DNA of 64,000 bases from Candidatus Hermodarchaeota archaeon (lineage in GTDB: Archaea; Asgardarchaeota; Hermodarchaeia; Hermodarchaeales; Hermodarchaeaceae), in contig JAEOTO010000006.1 of assembly GCA_016839805.1 (NCBI GenBank), positions 72,751-136,750 on the forward strand, given 5' to 3'. A program made the position numbers and the translations under genes. Under the pieces are notes generated by a model. It had not been told where the DNA came from, did no database searches, and saw nothing but the letters and a program-made list of their open reading frames with translations. Positions within the stretch are counted from its first letter, which is position 1. Each line of letters opens with the position of its first letter. This document shows, piece after piece, positions 57,668-64,000 of the stretch.

Positions 57668-60600
57668 TTAAAGGAGGGTAGGAAAGGGATTTCCACAAAG
57701 GCTGTAAGCCAACCAGCTGTGGGGTGAAGGACCTTTGGTAGCCAATTTCCGACGTGTATGAAGCATTGCTACAGCAATAGGATCGCCTTCATACAATTGT
57801 CGGGCTAGTACTTGAGTAAAAGCAGGTTGAAGTTGGGATTCAGGCTGCCAGCGGGTGAATACAATTGAGGGGATCCCCGCTGTGACAAGGTGGCGTAAAA
57901 ACCCTGTCATGCTCAATCCGTCTTCTCGAGCTTCAGGGCGCGTCGCTTCATCTAATATGAGGATTGGTCCACCTTTGAATAACGTCGTTACCCCAATTTC
58001 AATTACTCGAAGACTATCAGGTTGCTGCAAGGCAATTTCACCCTTTCGATGATGAAGCGTGGTTGGAGTAGCAAAGTAAAGCAGTGATCGGGGTTGATCG
58101 ATGTTACTGGAGAGAAGGGCACGAGTAAAATCACGTCCAAAGAGAACGATAGGTTCAGTAACACCTTGATGCGTAGGCACAGAACCAAGAAACGACTTTG
58201 TAATTTCCTCCGCAGAGTGTTTCCGCTTAGCTGGACTTTCTGGATCTAATTTTACTCCAAGGATAACAGATGGTGATCCAGTTTGCGCCAAGGCTTTAGT
58301 TTTAAGGGTGCTTTCAAAGAATTGAAAATCCGGTGTCCACGCCATGGGGTATTTCAATCCCCAATAATCCTTCCCATCAAATACAAGTTCAAAGGGAACA
58401 TTATTGAGAAAATCATCGGTGACAAACTGTAGAAAACCATACGTATGACTTTGGAGGTCTCTTTCTAATAAGCTGGGAATAAGGCTTCGATAGAGAAATG
58501 ATGCAATATCCCGTAAATCTGCAATTGGGGGAAGCTCATTAGCAGTTTTGATATGTTGAAGGGTTTGTACCACAGAAACAAGATCTTGGGGAATTGGTAG
58601 TGTATGTACGGCGTGACGACCGACATGATCAAGAGTTGTGACGATGATTAAATTCCTTTTTGGCAAAACATCGTAATTGATTACAATCCAACGGCGATCT
58701 GCAGGCATCAGGGTTGATAGTTTTTGGAGCATTTTGTAATCAAGGGGAAGCATTCCTCTTCCTGGGTCAGGACAAGCAGCAGCGATGACGTTACGGTTTA
58801 CATTAATTTTTTTCATTGTCTCTTTGAGTTCTGTTTGAAGAGATTCTCGTTGAGATTTATGCTCTTCTTGGGGCGTATCCTTTGGTGATAACTGAGCAAG
58901 CTGCCATCGAAGATTACCTATTTGCGAAAGTAAACTTTTTTCTTCTTGCATTAATTTTTGCAAATCTGGACAGCGCTCAAAACCCAGATTATCAGCTAAA
59001 AATGGATGTAATTTGGCGATTTTTCGAGGACTGGACCAATCAATTAGCTTGTCCATTATGTCTCGGCTTTTTTCTTTCTGATATTGTTGAACTCCAATAT
59101 GAATGGCTTCTTCTAGGGCTTGTTGTTTATGGTCCCATGAGAGCGGCAAGCTGTCAGGTTTAAACTCAGTGGGAATATCCAATTCTTCTCCAACTTGAAT
59201 AGCCAGTTCAATTACTTGGTTTGCGCGGGTGAAATCTTTTGATTCAGCCTGTAATTGTGCTTGTCTTTGAAGGGATTCAAAATACTCTTGTGGATATTCC
59301 CCTTTGCTGAAAATACTGGCAGCTTTCTCGTAATATTCTAGAGCTTTGGGCATATCTTCAGCTTCAATTAAAGGAGCTAATTCAAAGAAGAGCCTGCCTC
59401 GGAGACCTTCATCAATTTGGGGTCCCAAGGTATCAAGAGAGCCGATAAGGGCTTCTTTTTGCAAGCTGGGTTTATTCAAGTAGCGATATGCTTCAGCAAG
59501 TTGGTAATATGCACTACTTCGGTCAAAGCTTGGTTCAGAGCTGAATTCTTTAATCGCCTGGCTCAAATATTGGGCTGCTTCTGTATACTGTTCGTTTTTC
59601 ATGAAAACTAATCCCAGGTTGAGAGCTGCTTCGGCTCGAAGTTCCGTTGGCAGCTGGTCATCGTGGATGGCTTTTTCCAGTACCTCTTTGGTTTGATCTA
59701 TTGATTGTATATCTAGGCTAACCTGAGCAAGGCTTACTGAGAGGGAAGAAGCGAGGAGATTATTTCCTTGGGCTTTCGCGTTTTTTACTGCCTCGTGAAG
59801 AAATGGCAGGTTCTCTTCGAGACGTTGTGCATTCTTTGAAGCGTTTAGAAATAACCTGTATGCCTGGACTTCTAGCTTTTCTTCAGATAGATTTTGCAGC
59901 ATGTTCAGGGCTAATTGGCTTTGCTCTAATGCCTCAGTAAACCGTGCCAATTGGTAAAACATCTCACCCACTTGGAGATAAACGCCGACTTCTTGTTCTG
60001 GAAGTTTGTGTTCTTGGGAATACCTAATTACCTGAGTAAATTCTTGTTCAGCTTGTTTTTGTTTTCCAAGTCTAAGAAGAGCTTTACCTTTCAATATACG
60101 GGTCTGTAAGCTTCGCGCTGGTTCACCAAATTGGGAAAAAAGTTCAATTGCTTTATCAAAAAGACGAAGTGACCTGACATCTTGGACAAGCTGTTCTAAT
60201 ATTTGAGCAACAACGATGGCACTTTCAGCATATGCAACCAAGTTCTTTTCTTTTTCGAAAAATTGGAGTGCTGTTTCTCCATGGGGCAAGGCGGGCTCCG
60301 GTTGGCCACGTTTCAAAAGAACGCGAGCTGTATGGTACTCGGTGAGTGCCAGTCCCATTCTATCTGCGCTACTGGAAAAAACACTTTTGGCTTGTTGGAT
60401 GTGTTTTTCAGCTTCATCAAAATAGCCTTTTGCCAAGAAATTGCTAGCTAACCCTAAATGAGCGTGAGCACTTAGTTCAGCTTGACCTGCCTTATCCCAT
60501 AATTGAATGAGCTGATGTAACGTTGTCTCGGCTTTATCATATTCGTATAGCAATTGAAGAATTCGGGCATACTCTGCAAGAGTTTCACCTTGAAGTTCCT

Positions 60601-61087
60601 GATCATCTAAGTGCGTAGTAATTGCTACTGCTTCAGCAAGTTTGGCTTGACTTTCCCGATTTTTACCCACTCGGACCAAAGCTCTGCTAATATCGATTAG
60701 GAGTACGACACGTGCTCTGCTTTCTTCTCCAGGAACTTGAATTTCAGCAGCCTGATTAAGCGCACGTGTAGCCTCTTCAAAGTAGCCAAGATCCTCCATA
60801 ACCTGTCCCATCGTTAACAGGGCCTCACGGAGAGCAACAAAATCATTAACTTCTCGTAGAATACGAACTGCTTGAGTACAGCTAACCAGAGCCTCCTTCT
60901 TCCGGTTTAAAGCCATCTGGGCTCTAGCCATTTCAGCGCTAGTAATTCCAACTTCGCGTTTTCTACCAACCTTTTTGTATTCAGCCTGTGCTGCCTGCCA
61001 AGCTTTCAAAGCCTCACTATAAGCTTTCTTCGCATAGTAGGTGCGACCGATTTCTAATAATGAATCAGCATCTGGCTGGCTGGACAA
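57668..61087 (-). CDS. TPR-repeat protein with CHAT-like C-terminal domain
   Basis: About 650 aa TPR-like repeats; LYRSLIP, LNNVPFELV, GL...L..AG..S.V.T.W, A.AM...R, P.SWLAY.L.G.P. Confidence 0.85.
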   Translation of the reverse strand: MSSQPDADSLLEIGRTYYAKKAYSEALKAWQAAQAEYKKVGRKREVGITSAEMARAQMALNRKKEALVSCTQAVRILREVNDFVALREALLTMGQVMEDLGYFEEATRALNQAAEIQVPGEESRARVVLLIDISRALVRVGKNRESQAKLAEAVAITTHLDDQELQGETLAEYARILQLLYEYDKAETTLHQLIQLWDKAGQAELSAHAHLGLASNFLAKGYFDEAEKHIQQAKSVFSSSADRMGLALTEYHTARVLLKRGQPEPALPHGETALQFFEKEKNLVAYAESAIVVAQILEQLVQDVRSLRLFDKAIELFSQFGEPARSLQTRILKGKALLRLGKQKQAEQEFTQVIRYSQEHKLPEQEVGVYLQVGEMFYQLARFTEALEQSQLALNMLQNLSEEKLEVQAYRLFLNASKNAQRLEENLPFLHEAVKNAKAQGNNLLASSLSVSLAQVSLDIQSIDQTKEVLEKAIHDDQLPTELRAEAALNLGLVFMKNEQYTEAAQYLSQAIKEFSSEPSFDRSSAYYQLAEAYRYLNKPSLQKEALIGSLDTLGPQIDEGLRGRLFFELAPLIEAEDMPKALEYYEKAASIFSKGEYPQEYFESLQRQAQLQAESKDFTRANQVIELAIQVGEELDIPTEFKPDSLPLSWDHKQQALEEAIHIGVQQYQKEKSRDIMDKLIDWSSPRKIAKLHPFLADNLGFERCPDLQKLMQEEKSLLSQIGNLRWQLAQLSPKDTPQEEHKSQRESLQTELKETMKKINVNRNVIAAACPDPGRGMLPLDYKMLQKLSTLMPADRRWIVINYDVLPKRNLIIVTTLDHVGRHAVHTLPIPQDLVSVVQTLQHIKTANELPPIADLRDIASFLYRSLIPSLLERDLQSHTYGFLQFVTDDFLNNVPFELVFDGKDYWGLKYPMAWTPDFQFFESTLKTKALAQTGSPSVILGVKLDPESPAKRKHSAEEITKSFLGSVPTHQGVTEPIVLFGRDFTRALLSSNIDQPRSLLYFATPTTLHHRKGEIALQQPDSLRVIEIGVTTLFKGGPILILDEATRPEAREDGLSMTGFLRHLVTAGIPSIVFTRWQPESQLQPAFTQVLARQLYEGDPIAVAMLHTRRKLATKGPSPHSWLAYSLCGNPFPTLL

Positions 61088-61343
61088 ATTTCGTTTTCCT
61101 CACCGAAGCCATTGTTTTTAACACACAAAAGCCTAGCCATTAAGCTATCCACACTCGCTTCTTGAAGGCATATTAGTTCTAGAGCTAACCTGAAACCCTT
61201 TAAGAAGCGTTAGCAAAGGTAAATATAAAAACGCGGTTCAAGGTCTTAGTCCCAAAGAATCTTATGAAACGAACTCGTCGTTATGTAATTCCAATGGGAG
61301 ACTTTATCCAAAACTGGGTTCTTGATAAGGATAACGTGATAGG

Positions 61344-62435
61344 ATGAATATTCTACTTGTCTACCCTTATGAGGGAGATCAGCCGGTTCGGAAAATCAAA
61401 CTTAAACGTGCATTAGAGCGGAAAGGACATCGTATTAATGAATTTCTTGTAGCGACCAGTTCAGAACCGGGTATGGGGGTCATTAGACGAATTCAACTTG
61501 TATTTCGAAGTCTAATGACAGCAGTCCAAAAACGAGGATATGACATTATTCATATAATTGAAGGGTGGCCCATGGCACAGTTTCCTTTCCTAATCAGTAA
61601 AACACCCAAAGTCTATGACGTGCGCAGTCATTGGGCATATCTAATTCGGCGAGAACGACCTGGAAGAAAATACCGCATCTGGGCATGGATAATAGAACAA
61701 GTAATGAAATTACTTGTCAGACACTGTGATCACACCACTATCGTAGACCCACAAATCGCCCAATCTGTACTCCAAATGAGGCCACGAAGTTGGAGTTTTT
61801 TACGTAACCTCCCGGAGAAGGACTTCCTTAAGCCCCCCAAAGCCACTCAAATAGAACGACTAGGTATCAGGGGATCACAAAATGGTTTGGTTTTTGGATA
61901 TCTTGGCGCCATTTCACGACAACGTGGCATCAAGGACATGTTACAGGCATGGCAAGAATTCATTGAAAGTCATCCTGCTTGTCGATTGAAAATAGTCGGT
62001 ATTACACAAAGTAATTATCCATTTTTCACAAATCAAATTCAACCATTTCTTCATAAGCTGCAAGACACTGTTGAATTCCACGATCCAATTCATTACAACG
62101 AAGTTCCCCATTTCTATCGCACTATAGATGTTATGCTTGTGACAAGCAAAGACGATCATTACCCCTTGAAGGCCGGGGAAGCAATAGCGGCTGGGAAACC
62201 AATAGTGCTACGAGAAGGACCGATGAGGAAAGCCCTATTTGGGAATAAGGGCGTAGTCTGGTATCCCCGAGTGGAAGATGAAGAACAGGAATGGTTAGCC
62301 ATCAAAGGTGCACTCGAAAAAGTCGTTGTTCATTACGATCAACTCCAAGAAGAAGTACAGCAAATTAAGATACCCACTTGGGAAGATGAAGTCGAACGCC
62401 TTGAAAAAGTCTACAACCGGCTACTAAGACAATAA
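61344..62435 (+). CDS. GT-B (GT4-like) glycosyltransferase
   Basis: FGYLGAISRQRG, LKIVG, YPLKAGEAIAAGKPIV. Confidence 0.85.
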   Translation: MNILLVYPYEGDQPVRKIKLKRALERKGHRINEFLVATSSEPGMGVIRRIQLVFRSLMTAVQKRGYDIIHIIEGWPMAQFPFLISKTPKVYDVRSHWAYLIRRERPGRKYRIWAWIIEQVMKLLVRHCDHTTIVDPQIAQSVLQMRPRSWSFLRNLPEKDFLKPPKATQIERLGIRGSQNGLVFGYLGAISRQRGIKDMLQAWQEFIESHPACRLKIVGITQSNYPFFTNQIQPFLHKLQDTVEFHDPIHYNEVPHFYRTIDVMLVTSKDDHYPLKAGEAIAAGKPIVLREGPMRKALFGNKGVVWYPRVEDEEQEWLAIKGALEKVVVHYDQLQEEVQQIKIPTWEDEVERLEKVYNRLLRQ

Positions 62436-62458
62436 AATTTTATTTTTTATTGTGTCAC

Positions 62459-63727
62459 TTATTTTTCTGGTCGTTGCCATCCCACACCCGCGGTAAAAAG
62501 ATTAACATGGCTTGGTATCAAGTTGCTATCTACTATTGGAGTAATAGTAAAATCACAAACCACCTGACACTTTTTACCTAACATCTTACCGATTTCCGTG
62601 AATTCTTGTTCATCGGTCGTAACAATAACGAGTTCTGCACTCTTTAGAATGTCAGGAAGTGATTTCGTTCGAGGAACATTTGGGTCATAGCTACTTACTG
62701 AGTGTCCAAGTTCCTTTAGAAATTCGATAAGTTCGACTGATTTGGAACCTCGTTCATCGTCAATGCCGGCTTTATAGGCTGTGCCAAGCACTGTGATAGC
62801 CCGGGGCTGATCGAGATACTTTTCTAACACTTTGATGGGAACCCGAGTCCTTTCCGCATTGACATGATCAACTGCACTCAATAATTCTGGGTGGCTACCA
62901 ATTTGTTGACACGATGTTATAAGCGATTTCAAATCTCGAGGAAGACATCCACCCCCAAATGCAAACCCTGCTTTGAGGAATCTACTGCCAATCCGTGGAT
63001 CGTTTCCTATAATATGGAGAATCAAGTTAGCGTCTACGGGCTGTCCTTCAATCTGATTGACTTTCTCACAAAGTCCCCCGACATAATTCGCATAGGATAA
63101 TTTCGTTGAAAGAAAGGCGTTTGCTATGAGTTTTGTTAGTTCAGCAGTTAATGCCGAAACTATGTAGGTGGGTGGAAAAGTTTCGCGAAAAATCTGAAAA
63201 AGCTGAGCATAAAACATCATTACCTTCTGGCCAACTTCGTCATTAGCTCCAAGTATTAGAAATGGAGCCTTGAAGAAGCTATCAACATAGTTGCCCTGAT
63301 TGACCATAATTGGTGAATAACAGTAATCCAGACCACTAGCATCACAAATGGCTTTCAGACGTGAAGATGCGCCATATGGTAAGGTTGACATTACAATTAC
63401 AGTTGTTTGACCATGTTCACCAAGCATCTTTAGAGCCTTTTCTAAGATGTGTGTGGTAAGTTGCTGTTGTTTCTCATCAAAATCTGTATTTACCACCACA
63501 ATAACAAACTCTGAACCAGTAATTTGAGAATAATCCGTAGTCAGAATTAAATTCTCCGTTATCTTTGATTTATATCGTTTAATAAACCGGATCACACTGG
63601 CATCTGCACTGGGGGATTCAAGCGCTTTTGGGTTAATATCCACGCCAATTGCATTAAATCCAGCTGCCGCGAGGATATTTGTCATCGCGTATCCAACGCC
63701 ACCAATTCCAATAACTGACACTTTCAT
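62459..63727 (-). CDS. UDP-glucose/GDP-mannose dehydrogenase family protein
   Basis: VIGIGGVG, AELTKLIANAFLSTK, DPRIG, GFAFGGGCLPRD, AYKAGIDDERGS. Confidence 0.92.
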   Translation of the reverse strand: MKVSVIGIGGVGYAMTNILAAAGFNAIGVDINPKALESPSADASVIRFIKRYKSKITENLILTTDYSQITGSEFVIVVVNTDFDEKQQQLTTHILEKALKMLGEHGQTTVIVMSTLPYGASSRLKAICDASGLDYCYSPIMVNQGNYVDSFFKAPFLILGANDEVGQKVMMFYAQLFQIFRETFPPTYIVSALTAELTKLIANAFLSTKLSYANYVGGLCEKVNQIEGQPVDANLILHIIGNDPRIGSRFLKAGFAFGGGCLPRDLKSLITSCQQIGSHPELLSAVDHVNAERTRVPIKVLEKYLDQPRAITVLGTAYKAGIDDERGSKSVELIEFLKELGHSVSSYDPNVPRTKSLPDILKSAELVIVTTDEQEFTEIGKMLGKKCQVVCDFTITPIVDSNLIPSHVNLFTAGVGWQRPEK

Positions 63728-63736
63728 TCAATCGCC

Positions 63737-64000
63737 TCATCGCTGAGCAAAGACGTGATTTCGATTTATCCATTGGGTTATGTAACCTCTTTGTTTCAAC
63801 CATTTTTGCATTTTCACCCGGAGTTTCTTTAATTCCGGATAACTGCGGTAATGAACCTCGATTAGCCAACTTTGGATTTTATCAATTATGGGGTCAGCAC
63901 CCTTAATGACTTGCCACTCAGCTCCTTCCACATCAACTTTGACAAGGTCAACCACTGGCTCATCTTTGAGCAATTCTGCTAAAGTTGTTGTATCTACCAA
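63737..64000 (-). CDS. FkbM-family methyltransferase, 3' fragment
   Basis: VDLVKVDVEGAEWQVIKG...IEVH; 5' end outside the window. Confidence 0.85.
   Translation of the reverse strand: MVDTTTLAELLKDEPVVDLVKVDVEGAEWQVIKGADPIIDKIQSWLIEVHYRSYPELKKLRVKMQKWLKQRGYITQWINRNHVFAQR

Overview
Gene-dense (about 60 CDS) archaeal chromosomal window, almost certainly from an Asgard archaeon: archaeal histone, tRNA splicing endonuclease, archaeal PheRS/AsnRS/RNase HII/ATP ligase and GGPP synthase sit beside eukaryote-signature genes (two longin-Arf-like GTPase fusions, a Rab-like GTPase, longin/uDENN-like proteins). The class cannot be determined from sequence alone. Mobile DNA: one TnpB-only IS200/IS605 element (22566-23982) with a Fanzor-type rearranged RuvC, and a 218-bp ORF-less IS200/IS605 derivative (6835-7052) inserted in the uppP stop codon. 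Most notable: (1) a longin/uDENN-Cys4-TFIIB-like fusion, hidden behind an ATC start codon, directly upstream of a longin-GTPase and near a paralogous uDENN-like protein; (2) a MIT + degenerate PLD protein with the architecture of eukaryotic MITD1; (3) several abrupt, strand-linked A/C-rich to G/T-rich switches, some in mid-gene; (4) repeated apparent ATT/ATC/ATA starts; (5) unusual fusions (ACAD-SCP2-MaoC, TrmB split by about 1500 aa of coiled coil, TPR with a catalytically dead CHAT). No rRNA, tRNA or CRISPR array was recognised. All domain calls are by eye from motifs; no searches were run.
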